From Octopus sinensis (lineage: Eukaryota), in the NCBI RefSeq assembly GCF_006345805.1, contig NC_043013.1:8990001-9054000 (forward strand): a DNA stretch of 64,000 nucleotides. Reading direction: 5' to 3'. How positions within the stretch are numbered: position 1 is the first letter of the stretch; each line of letters opens with the position of its first letter. The notes under the pieces are model-generated. The model made no database searches. It saw nothing but the letters and a program-made list of their open reading frames with translations, and was not told where the DNA came from. This document shows positions 50,523-63,736 of this stretch, piece by piece. Made by a program: the position numbers and the translations under genes.

Positions 50523-53209
50523 CGATAAATTAAGTACCAGTTGTGTACTGAGGTCGATCTAATCGACTGCCCCCACTCCTCCTAATTTTTGGGCCTTGTG
50601 CCTAGAGTAGAAAAGGATTATTATAAGTGAACAAAAGCTGCACAGATAGTCATGCATGAAATACTTTAGATGAAGACTGACCTTAGGTTAGACAATATAT
50701 ATATATAAAAATAAGAATGCATATTTTAAGTCATAAACCACAAAAGTATTATGTTCCATAATAAACACAAACAGTTTTATGGAAGCAGTAATGTGAAGCA
50801 AAGACAAAAACCAAATTTTAGGTTAGTTCAAATATATTTGTGACATATTTTAACTTCTAGAGGTAACTTCACTGTCGTTTACCATGGAGAAAAAAAATTC
50901 ACACTTATTGTAAAGGTGTAAATATACCGTTATTATTATCATCTCAGAGGCACTCTCTCTCTCTCTGGACTCCGTAGATGCATTTCTAGTCATTATGCCT
51001 TTCCTCTTCAGTAGAAGATAATGTAAAGTTTGTTTAGAAATTCTGCCAGATCAAGATTGGAGCCTGGTGCAGCCATCTGGTTCGCCAGCCTTCAGTCAAA
51101 ATCTTCCAACCCATGCTAGCATGGAAAGCGGACATTAAACGATGATGATGATGATGATGATGATGAACGTCTCTAATTATGTTCTTGATTATTATAATAG
51201 TAAATATTCATCAATAATGTGGAGAAAACATCTATTGACCAGGTTGTAATTAGCCTGAAAAGAACTGGAATTTAACCTCATCTAATTAGCTGTAATAATA
51301 AGCATGATGACTACAATACTCCAGGGTGAGTTACTAGTCTCTTTAGTACATGTTATACCTACTAGGAATCGTTTCTGTCAGTTGACTGAACAAAATCTCA
51401 ACAAAGTACTTACAGTCTGGTTCAAACTCAAGAACTTTCAGATACTTTATCCCCTTCTCTAATACAATTTTTTCGCAAACGATGATATAATGAAAATTTG
51501 TGATGTTGCTGTAGCAATATAAATGATGTGAACCGAATCCAACAGAAAATGGAAATAATGTAAAAGACTTGATTTTTACCTAATGCCATTGTCACAAACA
51601 CCATCTCATGTAAACTGCACCGTTTGAATGTGATTATTCCAGGTAAAATATTCAACAAAATGCATTATATAAATCTAATCAACAAATGATCATGTGACAT
51701 ACACCTAGAGACATCCAGCTTGTGATAGTAATGAATCTCAATGAGGGATATGCATAACATTTGATGCATTATTTAATTGCAGTGTGGTTCATTACAACAT
51801 AAAATATCATGTCTGCTCATGGTTTCTTTTGACAAATTCTGTTACCTGTAACTGCTGCTTAAAACCAACATACACAAACTGACAAACACGTACCAACACT
51901 CACATAGCAGACAAGTATACCACAAAGCATGTCCTTAATAAGTTTCCATACATTATACTAAGACAGACACACTTTGATATGTGGACATATTTATTCGTTT
52001 CATTTCATTTCATTCATTTTCACATCCATTTTCCCAAGTTAGCATGAGTTAGGTGAGTATATTATTGAGGTTTTACAGCTAGATGCCCTTTCTGTCACTA
52101 ACTCTTAAATCTTTTTTCAAGTTAAGGATATTTTATTGCATACATCTTTGAGAGTGCAAAGCTAGCTAGGCAGAAACGTTAGCACGCCGGGCGAAATGCG
52201 TAGCCGTATTTCGTCTACCGCTACGTTCTGAGTTCAAATTCCGCTGAGGTCGACTTTGCCTTTCATCCTTTCGGGTCGATAAATTAAATACCAGTTACAC
52301 ATTGGGGTCGATGTAATCGACTTAATACCTTTGTCTATCCTTGTTTGTCCCCTCTATGTTTAGCCCCTTGTGGGTAGTAAAGAAACAGATGATGGTCGCA
52401 CTACATCTTCATAAACTACATCTCACTCAGAATGGCTACATTTAAAGAATTGCTGAAGCATGGGTCATCATCAGACACTTATGTGTGTGCATGCACACAC
52501 ACACACAAACACACATTCACGCACACACACACACACACACACACGTTTTGACAATATATCCACTATAAATTTTTTTCTCGACATAAACTCACAATTACAT
52601 CTTAGTCATCATACTGAGCTGTTGCCTTCTTCAGGCAGGTGAGTTTTGAACTCAGAACCAGAGAATGCCATAAGAAATCACTTCTGTATTTGTCTCATGA
52701 TAGCCAAAGTTCCAGTGGTCTTCTTAACAGTGGCATGACAGAGTTTCGATCCATTCTAGTTCCATAGAGAATGAAGGAGAAGCTTCACCAGCACAGATAC
52801 TCATTACACATCTTACTAATGAATCTCTTACTTTCTACCCTCCCTTATTGGTTAAAAATTTTAACCAGTCATAATTATTCTACGTTAAGTATACTATATT
52901 CCTTTATTTACTCCTTCGATTCTTGATAAAAAAAAAATCAATTATAGTTTATAGAAAGGGTGCTGAAAGTATCCTGGCTTTAGGTAAAAGAAAATACAGG
53001 AGGTTCAGTTAATTATGATTTTATTCAACATATTCCCCTCTCAGATTCACACACTTATTGCAGCAGTCCTTCAGTTTTTCTAAGCTCTGTTAAAGAACTC
53101 AAAAGGCTGGACCTCCAACCAGGCCTTTTATGGTAGCCTTAAAGCTAGGAACCTTTCAGCACCACCTCGTAGTTGATTTGTGATTTATCATCCAATTATA
53201 TTTGTTGTT

Positions 53210-53607
53210 ACTCTTTTACTCTTTTACTTGTTTCAGTCATTTGACTGTGGCCATGCTGGAGCACCGCCTTTAGTCGAGCAAATCGACCCCGGGACTTATT
53301 CTTTGTAAGCCCAGTACTTAGTCTATCGGTCTCTTTTGCTGAACCGCTAAGTGACGGGGACGTAAACACACCAGCATCGGTTATCAAGCAATGCTAGGGG
53401 GACAAACACAGACACACAAAAATACACACACATATATATACATATATACGACAGGCTTCTTTCAGTTTCCGTCTCCCAAATCCACTCACAAGGCATTGGT
53501 CAGCCCGAGGCTATAGTAAAAGACACTTGCCCAAGATGCCACGCAGTGGGACTGAACCCGGAACCATGTGGTTGGTAAGCAAGCTACTTACCACACAGCC
53601 ACTCCTG
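53210..53607 (-). mobile_element. Dominant SINE, near full-length copy
   Basis: Same head, body and tail. Confidence 0.85.
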
Positions 53608-54796
53608 AACAACCTTACATAACAAAATGTATGCTTTGATATCTGTCTGAAGATCAATTTATGTATCACCCTTTATATATAGGAAAACAAGTCAAAGAAT
53701 AGGAAATGAAGAAAGACAGACAGACAGACAAGTAGACCAACAGATTGATAGATAAATGTGTGCACATGCGCGTGTGTGTAGGCACCAGCAGAGTTGCATG
53801 GTAAGAAGTCTGGTTCCCAGCAACATGGTTCTAGGTTCAGTTCCACATCATGGCACCTTGTGCAAGGGATTTTCACTTATAAGTCCAGACTGACTAAGGC
53901 CTTGTGTGTGGCATTGAAGAGTGCTAGCAACTGCTGGAGTAGTGGGGTCGCAGGGGAATAATTTCTGGCCTCGTAGAGAAGAGTCAGTCTTTGAAATGCC
54001 ATCCTAGCTACGTTAAGGTTGTGTGTCTTCCAGGAGAGAATCCTGCAAGCTTACTGATAGTGAGATCCATCAATACCATTCACTTGGAGATCATTGACAA
54101 CAAGAAGCCAGTGACCTTCGAGCATATGTGATAGATATGGCATACTATTTCCTATCTTGTACCAGACTGAAATCTGATATGTTGCTTATCAGTATGTCTT
54201 GAAGACAAGAAAATTAAAATTTGGCCCAGGCCATCTAATATTAAAGACCATCTTCCATTTATGGCCTGTTAACTTGTGTTCACTGACACCCAATGCACAC
54301 TGAATATAAAAACAACAAAATGGCCATGACAGATTAACTTTGATCTGAATTCAACAAAATCATGGCTAACCTTGTTCTAAACAATAACAATAACAACACT
54401 CATGAGGTGAGGTGATATAAAGAAACACAACATCAAATGTGTCCTCCATAGTGACCGGGGACTTTAACCAAATTTACCCAACATGTAGCTTGCTTTAGAA
54501 AACAGTTTGAAAATCTTTTCTCTCTTTCAATATTTGTTGAAAGTTTACATTCAGAGTTCAAATTCCGCCGAGGTCGACTTTACCTTTCATCTTTTGAGGT
54601 CAATAAATTAAGTACCAGTTGCATACTGAGGTCGATCTAATCGACTGTCCCCACCTACCCAAAAAATTTTAGGCCTTGTGCCCAGAGTAAAAAGAATATT
54701 TGTTGAAAGGGGACAAACCAAAAGAATCAAAACTAAAAGAAATAAACTAAGAAAAGAAGGAAAAAATACAAATGTATGAGATTTATTTACAGATAG

Positions 54797-55192
54797 GTGT
54801 AGGAGTAGCTGTGTGGTAAGTAGCTTGCTTACCAACCACATGGTTCCAGGTTCAGTCCCACTGCGTGGCATCTTGGGCAAGTGTTTCTACTATAGCCTTG
54901 GGCCAACCAAAGCCTTATGAGTGGATTTGGTAGACAGAAACTGAAAGAAGCCCGTCTTATGTATGTATATATTGTGTGTGTGTATATGTTTGTGTGTCTG
55001 TGTTTTGTCCCCCCCAACATTGCTTGACAACTGATGCTGGTGTGTTTACGTCTCCGTAACTTAGTGGTTCGGCAAAAGAGACCAATAGAATAAGTACTAG
55101 ACTTACAAATAATAAGTCCTGGGGTCGATTTGCTCGACTAAAGGCGGTGCTCCAGCATGGCCACAGTCAAATGACTGAAACAAGTAAAAGAG
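54797..55192 (+). mobile_element. Dominant SINE, full-length copy
   Basis: Same head, body and tail. Confidence 0.85.
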
Positions 55193-55849
55193 ATAATAAA
55201 TAGGACAACAACAACAACAAAGCAATGAAGGAGCCTCTATGTGGTTGCACGACCTGCTAGAAATAGCAACCAGGTCTCCCACAAATCACATTCTATTGTC
55301 TTAGAACAGGATATGTTAGATCAGTGATTCCCAATGTGGGCTATATGCCCCACTGGTGGAGCCTGGGAAAATTGTGGTGTGTGTGGGATCCAAAATTTTA
55401 ATTTTTTTGTGGGACATGGAATTGTTGTCGTCATCATCATCATCATTATCGTTTAACGTCCTCCTTCCATGCTGGCATGGGTTATATGGTTTGACAGGAG
55501 CTGACCACACAGGAGGCCCGCACCATGCTTTTGTGTCTGTTTTGGCATGGCTTTTATGACTGCATGCTCTTCCTAACACCAACCACTCCACACCGCAAAA
55601 TGAATAACAACAACAACAACAACATAAAAAAGGCACCATTGATATCAACATAATAAAAAAAAGCCGCACATAAACTTCAAAAGCAAATTCAACTGAATTA
55701 AACTCTGGTGTGAATAAATAAAATTCGATAAAATTGTTATCATCAACAACAAAATGTCGATTTAGGGCACATTGAATAAGATAACTAGGTGTTAAAATAA
55801 AATCTTTAGAAATACATGATTGTCGTGAGTGATATGCTTATGCCAGGAA

Positions 55850-55879
55850 ACAACAACAACAACAACGACAACGACAACG

Positions 55880-55934
<55 letters not shown>

Positions 55935-55935
55935 C
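55850..55935. repeat. (CAA)n microsatellite
   Basis: Direct reading. Confidence 0.95.
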
Positions 55936-56523
55936 CACTAATGTATTTGAAATATGAACATTTCTAAGAAATCTTTTGCTGTTTTATTTACAATGGACAA
56001 CCTTATTCTCTATGATTAACCTATTTGTCACAGTTGGCTTTATTTATTCAAGCACGATTTACTTTATCTAACAGTCCTTGTAATCAGGTGGTGTGCTGTA
56101 GTCGATCTTGTCAACCTATTTTCAATGTTCTTAGTGTGTGCATGCATGTATGTGTGTGTGTGTGTGTGAGAGAGAGAGATGCATTGCCATATTTAGAATG
56201 TGTCTGGTATGCACAGTGCATCAATACAATTTAGAAATTACCAGCTTAAAAGCCGCCTGATAGAGCGGCTTTTAAGCTATCTCCTGTGGGGAGCTCTTCA
56301 TTAGGCCTTGGGCCCAACAATGACACTTCATGCATTCAGTACATATTAAATTTTATTAAACCTGAACAATATTTTTCAAGCAATGAATGATTTTCATCAA
56401 AACAATGATATAGTTTTGTCGACTCAGAACTTATTGCAAAGCTGCATGATAAACAACGGCCATCGCCACCACATCTGCCATACACACACCATTCAAACTT
56501 CTGACGCCACCACCATTAGTACC

Positions 56524-56754
56524 TATTTCTTTACTATCCACAAGGGGCTAAACACAGAAAGGACAAACAAGGACAAACAAATGGATTAAGTCGATTACAT
56601 CGACCCCAGTGCGTAACTGGTACTTATTTAATCGATCCCGAAAGGATGAAAGGCAAAGTCGACCTCGGCGGAGTTTGAACTCAGAACGTAACAGCAGACG
56701 AAATACGGCTACGCATTCCGCCCGGCGTGCTAACGTTTCTGCCAGCTCGTCGCC
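56524..56754 (-). mobile_element. Nin/Deu-like SINE, full length, with 10-bp TSD
   Basis: cattagtacc at 56514-56523 and 56759-56768. Confidence 0.85.
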
Positions 56755-57894
56755 TTAGCATTAGTACCTTTGACTTCATCGCCTTCCCCTCCACCATCAT
56801 CACCACTGTCTTTCGCATCACTTACTCTCACCATCAGCCCTGACCACCTTGGCTACTATCACAGCCACCTCCGCCTCTATCACAATGTTGTTGATGTTGC
56901 TTAGTTTCATCCAAGCCAAGACTGTTCATAGACTGTAAGGCATGATTTGAGGGATAGTAGCTGTTATTTACGGCATGTCAAAAGACTGCTTAGGGGCATC
57001 CCTAGGTTAGTAGACAGCAGCGTGGAGGCACATGGCTTAGTGGTTAAGGGTGTTGGAGCCATGACTGTCAGATTGAGGTTTCAATTCCTGCACCAGGTGA
57101 TGCATTGTGTTCTTGAGCAAAACACTTCATTTCAATTTGCTCCAGTCCACTCAGCTGGCAAAAATGTGTAATCCTGTGATTGACCAGTGTCCAGTCCAGC
57201 TGGGAGTATATGTACCATAGAAACCAGGAAATCAACCCTATGGGTCTGTATGACTTTGCAAGGAGCTAAAAATAAGGAAAAAAAATAAACAAAGAGGTAT
57301 GATTTGAGAAACACTTAGCTACTATTTTAGGCATGTCAAGGAACTGCTTAGAGGCATCCTTTGGTTTGTATATAGTAAGGTATGAGACTTAAAAAATACT
57401 TAGCTGCTTTTACTAACATGTCTAGTGACTACTGAGACGCTTCTCTTGGTTTGTAGACTGCAAGGTACAATTTGAGTGGTATTTGGCTGTTATGTCTTAC
57501 AACCCTGGCAACCACCAGATAGAAGCTTCTCTAGTAACTAAAGTTGACATGCATTGTTTAATTGGAATGCAAATGTTACTTGTGTCTTCATGTTAATTAT
57601 CTGTAATCCAGTCTAAAAATAGTTAATATTTTTTGTATAATTAGAAACACAACATATTGTCTTCCAAGCATCTCTTCCAAAGCTCCTTAGTGCCATTGTT
57701 AAGGTTTATGAATGATGCTATAGTTACCATTCTTTGTGTTGCTGTTCTTGTGGTCTAGCCCTCAAGCCCAGCCTGATCGAAGCAGACCTGATCTTTTCGT
57801 CTTTTCAAATTGTCATCTATTTATATATGATACTTAATAAATACACTCTGCTGATCAGCCAGTTGCTGCAGCTTTTGTCTTGTGATATCTCTTT

Positions 57895-58310
57895 ATTCTT
57901 TACTCTCTCTTTTACTCTTTTACTTGTTTCAGTCACTTGACTGCGGCCATGCTGGAGCACTGCCTTTAATCGAGCAACTCGACCCTGGGACTTATTCTTT
58001 TGTAAGCCTAGTACTTATTCTATCGGTCTCTTTTGCCAAACCGCTAAGTAACGGGGACATAAACACACCAGCATCGGTTGTCAAGCAATGCTAGGGGGAC
58101 AAACACAGACACACAAACACACACACGCATATATATATATACATATATACGACGGGCTTCTTTCAATTTCCGTCTACCAAATCCACTCACAAGGCTTTGG
58201 TGGGCCCGAGGCTATTGTAGAAGACACTTGCCCAAGGTGCCACGCAGTGGGACTGAACCCGGAATCATGTGGTTGGTAAACAGGCTACTTACCACACAGC
58301 CACTCCTGCG
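57895..58310 (-). mobile_element. Dominant SINE, full-length copy
   Basis: Same head, body and tail. Confidence 0.85.
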
Positions 58311-58502
58311 CTATGCATACTTAAACCGAAAAGTATACGATGGACAACACAAACTTGCATTTAATGGAATACATATAAATATACTTACGCATCCATTCGC
58401 ATATACACAAGCATACATACATGAATGTGGATGAGAAAACCATTGTGTACTGTCAATAAATATATAAATAAAAACACATATCCACATACACATATATATA
58501 TA

Positions 58503-58540
<38 letters not shown>

Positions 58541-58950
58541 TATATATATATATATATATATAAATATATATATATATACATATATACTCTTTTACTCTTT
58601 TACTTGTTTCAGTCATTTGACTGCGGCCATGCTGGAGCACCACCTTTAGTCGAGCAAATCAACCCCAGGACTTATTCTATCGGTCTCTTTGCTGAACCGC
58701 TAAGTGACTGAAGTCCATATATAATATCTAATATACAAGAAAAATAACATAAAATAATACTTAAAACTACCACATGCACTTAAATAAACCTACATGAATA
58801 TATAAATATATATATATATATACATATGTATCCACACATATACAAATCCAATAGTGACCTCAATATGTTTAGTAGATTGACTCATACTATGTGCATTACT
58901 ATATACTAAAAGCCAAAAGTAAATATATATCATAAATACTACTGTTCATA

Positions 58951-60024
58951 ATGGGACCACTACTATTCATAATGGCCCTCTCAGACATGCACTCAGCCAC
59001 GCAGAGAGCCCCGATCACAAGTTATGCAGATGATACAAAAGTTTCACAGGCAGTACAGAACCCTGAAGACACTATGCACCTGCAATGTGAGCTGGACAAA
59101 ATATACAAGTGGGCTGAAAAGAATAGCATGCAGTTCAATGCTGAAAAGTTTCAAGCTTTATGCTATCAGCATGCAAAACTAAATGCAATACCCAATAAAT
59201 ACACTGGACCCGGAGGGATTGCAATCCCAGAGGCACAGTCAGTGTGAGACCTGGGTATTTACATGAGTGATGATGCAACCTTTCATGTGCATGTTGCTAA
59301 ATTGGCAATGAAATGTAGGCAGCTGACCGGATGGATTCTTAGAACCTTCAGAACAAGAGACCAGGAAACCATGATGGTCCTCAGGAGGACACTTATCCTA
59401 AGCCACTTTGACTATTGCGCTCAGCTATGGTCACCATCCAGTGTCAAGCTAATCACAGAACTTGAGGTGATCCAACGAAGCTACACGAAGATAGCCTCTG
59501 TGCAGCATATAAGCTACTGGGAAAGACTCAAGAGATTGAGACTCTATTCCTTAGAGCGTAGGCAAGAAAGATATGCCATAATATACATCTGGAAGATCCT
59601 AGAAGGACTTGTCCCAAACTTTGGCATCGAGAGTTACACAAATGCCAGAACTAGGTGCCACTGCATAGTGCCAAGGACTCCAAATTTGCCATCAAGATGT
59701 AGGACAAGATACTGTGATAGCCTGGGCTTCTGAGGCCCACAGCTCTTCAATATCCTCCCGAAGAACCTAAGTGACCTGCATGGGGTGGATACAGATGTCT
59801 TTAAAATAAAACTGGATCTTTTCTTGTCAGGTGTCCCAGATGAACCAACTTCACGGCAGGAGGTGCAGATGAGGGCAGCTGCATCGAACTCTCTCATGCA
59901 CCAAATGGCAATTGCTAAAAAGCATTCGTGAAGTAAAATCATGTAGCAACACCAAATGGCGGTGCCCAAGCATGGTCACAGCTTGTGAGCTGAAACTAGA
60001 TAAAAATAAAAATAAAAAATAAAA
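58951..60024 (+). mobile_element. CR1/L2-group LINE, 5'-truncated in RT, with complete 3' end
   Basis: GPLLF..YADDTK..QFNAEK..DLG..DY.AQLWSP..YWERLKRLRLYSLERR in one frame, broken by two TGA codons consistent with CGA>TGA decay; A-rich tail. Confidence 0.9.
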
Positions 60025-60480
60025 ACAAATCATAAATATAAAGATATATTTACACACAGGTACCAGTATATAAAAAATACAAATATGTACACACAAAAAA
60101 CACTTATATCAAAATATATAAATATATAAACACATTCATATACAAATACATATATTATATATATGATACACTTATACGAATATAAACAAGAAGGGTAGTA
60201 ATATTATTTACTACCAGGTGCCCAGCACAAAAGACGAATTAGTCGTAAGACAAAAATATTATTCATATAGAAAAATATTATTCATGTAGTTATACAATTA
60301 AGGGCTCCTAAATAAAGATGCTGAGTGCTGGGAACACAAAAAGGGGATGAATTTATCGAGAGTGAAAATCAAAAACGTATGCCCATAACCCTTTACAATT
60401 TTGTATTCCTAAATATAATAAAGTAAAAAATCTATTAACAACTATTTATATCTATTTCAAAGGGTATTTAGAACTAAGTA

Positions 60481-60828
60481 TTATTTGTATCTAGAGAAAG
60501 TATACGCCAGTCTATGAAGGCATGAGACATTTCGTCCCTTAAGATTGTTAATAATTGGTAAATTAGCCCTAATTATTAAGAAAATCTCATTAATGCATAA
60601 TGAGCATTTTCTGTTCCTATTATTATACGCTGGTGCAGATATAAGTATTTTCCATTGCAAATTATAATTGATTTTTTTGTCCTTAAGCTCCCAAATATAT
60701 GCACTTAACCCTGTAGAATTAATCCTATTCCTATTTTTAAAAGTATATCTGTGATAATTAAGTCTTTGTTTCAAATTATTCTTAGTAGTCCCACTATATA
60801 CTCTATTATCATATTGTGTACTTACTAT
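60481..60828 (-). mobile_element. Penelope-like GIY-YIG endonuclease C-terminal fragment
   Basis: RVYSGTT..LKQRLNYH..F....T.LSAYIWELK....WKIL..A.AY.....CSLCINE..I...C.H pattern. Confidence 0.8.
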
Positions 60829-61095
60829 ATATATATATATACAAACTCAATACCACTATAAAATGTCTTATATTCCTCCCCACCACTACAAACTCAATAC
60901 CACTATAAAATGGTCAAAACTTTTCACACAGGAACTTAGTTTGATTTGAAAACCCCACTAGAATGGGAGAAAGCGCTAATACATGATCTAAGTTATATAC
61001 ATGATCTAAGTTATATGATGCATAAAAAATGTAATATACAAATAAATATCTGTAAATATAAACCATCCGATTTTCTGAGTACCTCATTTCTTCTA

Positions 61096-61143
<48 letters not shown>

Positions 61144-61242
61144 TTTGGATATTTGTCTTATTATTTATTTGTATATATTGGATAATAAGTGAAGCATGTT
61201 TTGTATATCAATATTATTATTATACTTTTCAAGTTAATTATA

Positions 61243-61374
61243 TCCTCTGACGAGGCCTTTGGTTATTTTAACATACAAGTATAATTTTTAATGCCTAAAA
61301 CCATAATACGCTGACATCTATAGGCAATATAAGTTGAATAGACTCTTGACCATAGGCTGAAACAGCTGTAAGGA
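61243..61374 (+). ncRNA. Minimal type I hammerhead ribozyme motif (Penelope-type)
   Basis: Stem I TCCT/AGGA, core CTGACGA (61247-61253), stem II GGCCTTTGGTT/GACCATAGGCT, GAAA (61359-61362), palindromic stem III ACAGCTGT, GUA cleavage triplet ending at 61370. Confidence 0.8.
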
Positions 61375-61545
61375 GTAGTTTATTTGTATTAATTTTTATT
61401 ATTATATTACATATTGATTTATAGTGTTTGTTTGCTTTTGATGTTCTCATTTGTATAATTAATAAATAATGTAAAATTGTAATATTCGTAAGATGATGAA
61501 TGAGATGAATTTGTTTCTCCATTTTCTTATTTGTATTATATATAT

Positions 61546-61580
<35 letters not shown>

Positions 61581-61956
61581 GGCCCTGGCAACGATCATGC
61601 TTGGATGTCAATCACACTTGGATGTATATATATATATCTCTTATAATGGGGTAGGGAGGCTTCTTTCAGTTTCCGTCTACAAAATCTACTCACAAGGCTT
61701 TGGTCCACCTGAGGCTATGGTAGAAGACACTTGCCCAAGGTGCCACTCAGTGGAACTGAACCCAGAACCTTGTAGTCAGGAAGCAAGCTTCTTACCACAC
61801 AGCCACACATTATACACAAGAAAGAGAAATACAGACAGATACACAAATATATACAACGAACGTTTTTTAGTCTTTATCAAACAAATCCACTCAGAAGGCT
61901 TTGGTCAGCCCAAACTTATAATACAAGATATTTGCCCCAAGTACTGCACAATGGTA

Positions 61957-62369
61957 GGCGTAGGAGTGGCTGTGTGGTAAGTAGCTTGCTAACCAACCAC
62001 ATGGTTCCAGGTTCAGTCCCACTGCGTGGCATCTTGGGCAAGTGTCTTCTGCTATAGCCCCGGGCCGACCAATGCCTTATGAGTGGATTTGGTAGACGGA
62101 AACTGAAAAAAGCCTGTCGTATATATGTATATATATATATATATATATATGTATGCGTGTGTGTGTTTGTGTGTCTGTGTTTGTCCCCCTAGCATTGCTT
62201 GACAACCGATGCTGGTGTGTTTATGTCCCCGTCACTTAGCGGTTCAGCAAAAAGAAACCGATAGAATAAGTACTGGGCTTACAAAGAATAAGTCCCGGGG
62301 TCGATTTGCTCGACTAAAGGCAGTGCTCCAGCATGGCTGCAGTCAAATAACTGAAACAAGTAAAAGAGT
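61957..62369 (+). mobile_element. Dominant SINE, full-length copy
   Basis: Same head, body and tail. Confidence 0.85.
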
Positions 62370-62751
62370 AATGGTATTGAACTCAAGAACAAAGGGCTTG
62401 AAAGCAAACTTCTTTAACTACGCAGCCATTCATACGCCTATGCAGCCTAATTTCCTGAGTACATATGCACTGACATCATATTTACTTATCTATCATATAT
62501 CTTTTACTTCTTTCATGATTATCACCAGAAACAAGCAAAACAGACAAAAAGGATTTACAAATGCCTTTTACCTCTTTTTAAAACCTCCATGAATAAGCAT
62601 GCCCAGACATATTTTAAGATTTCTTATCATCAGTATTGTCAAGTAATATTTTGAATGATAAGCTAAGATTTCTTTTCAGTCTCGCTCTCTCTCTCTCTCT
62701 CTCTTTCTCACACACACACACACACACACACACAAACAAACAAATACATAC

Positions 62752-62794
<43 letters not shown>

Positions 62795-62802
62795 GAGTCA
62801 CC

Positions 62803-62839
<37 letters not shown>

Positions 62840-63029
62840 GGAAAGATCAAAACCATGGCAGAACAAATCCCCTCAAGTCATTTATAATAATTTAATTAGG
62901 GTAAGGTGAATTTATATATGTGTGTGTGTGCGTGTGTGTGTACACATGAATATATACATACACATTGTTGGCATCCTTTTTGTCTCGGGAGACAATGGAG
63001 TTGCGCATAAAATAGTCTAGTCCAGCTTT

Positions 63030-63736
63030 TACATTTCATGTCCTGATACATTTCCTGCTGTGGCTGTGTAGTCCTATCCTGGACAAACACTCCCTCTGGC
63101 AGGTGCCGCAAATGTAGCGAAGACTGTTCCTGGCTGGTTGTAGTGCCATAGTCTCTTGTTAACGTCTCTTCTTTTCTTTCCATTTCTCCTCTCTCTCTCT
63201 GTCACTCCTTTGTATTCCCACTTTTACGGTACGTTGCCAGTCTCCACGGTTGCCGGCAACTGCCTCCCAACCGCTAATATTGATGTTGCAGGCCCTCATG
63301 TCCCTTTTGCAAACATCCTTGTAACGCAAGATCGGTCTACCCACAGACCTAGTACCCCTAGCAAGCTCTCCGTAGAGTATGTCCTTGGGGATTCTGCCAT
63401 CTTTCATACGGCTAACATGCCCAAGCCATCTCATACGTCTTTGTGTGAGGAGTGCAAACATGCTTGGTATTCCTGCTTGCCTGAGGACATCTTTGTTGGG
63501 GATATGGTTCTGCCATTTGATGCAGATGATTTTCCGGAGGCAGCGCAGGTGAAAGATGTTTAGGCGACGCTCTTGGCGTGTGTATAGCGTCCAAGTCTCA
63601 CTTCCATACAGTAGTGTGCTAAGTACACATGCCTTTTCGTGGTCTTGGTCAGCTTATTGTTGTCCCAAGCCCATTTGGAGAGTTGGGCCATCGCAGCAGC
63701 TGCCTTGCCAATGCGTATATTGAGCTCAGCATCGAC
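63030..63736 (-). mobile_element. RTE (BovB-like) LINE fragment with C-terminal zinc finger
   Basis: VDAELNIRIGKA..., QRRMRWLGHVSRMKDGRIPKDILYGEL..GRP.LRYKD, and ICGTCQRECLSRIGLHSHSRKC. Confidence 0.88.

Noticed and set aside
51405-51860. Candidate first-exon donors on the minus strand (gtaagt near 51412, cag|gtaac near 51845)
   Set aside because: No in-frame ATG before a stop for a phase-0 join to exon 48763; the start exon remains unlocated.
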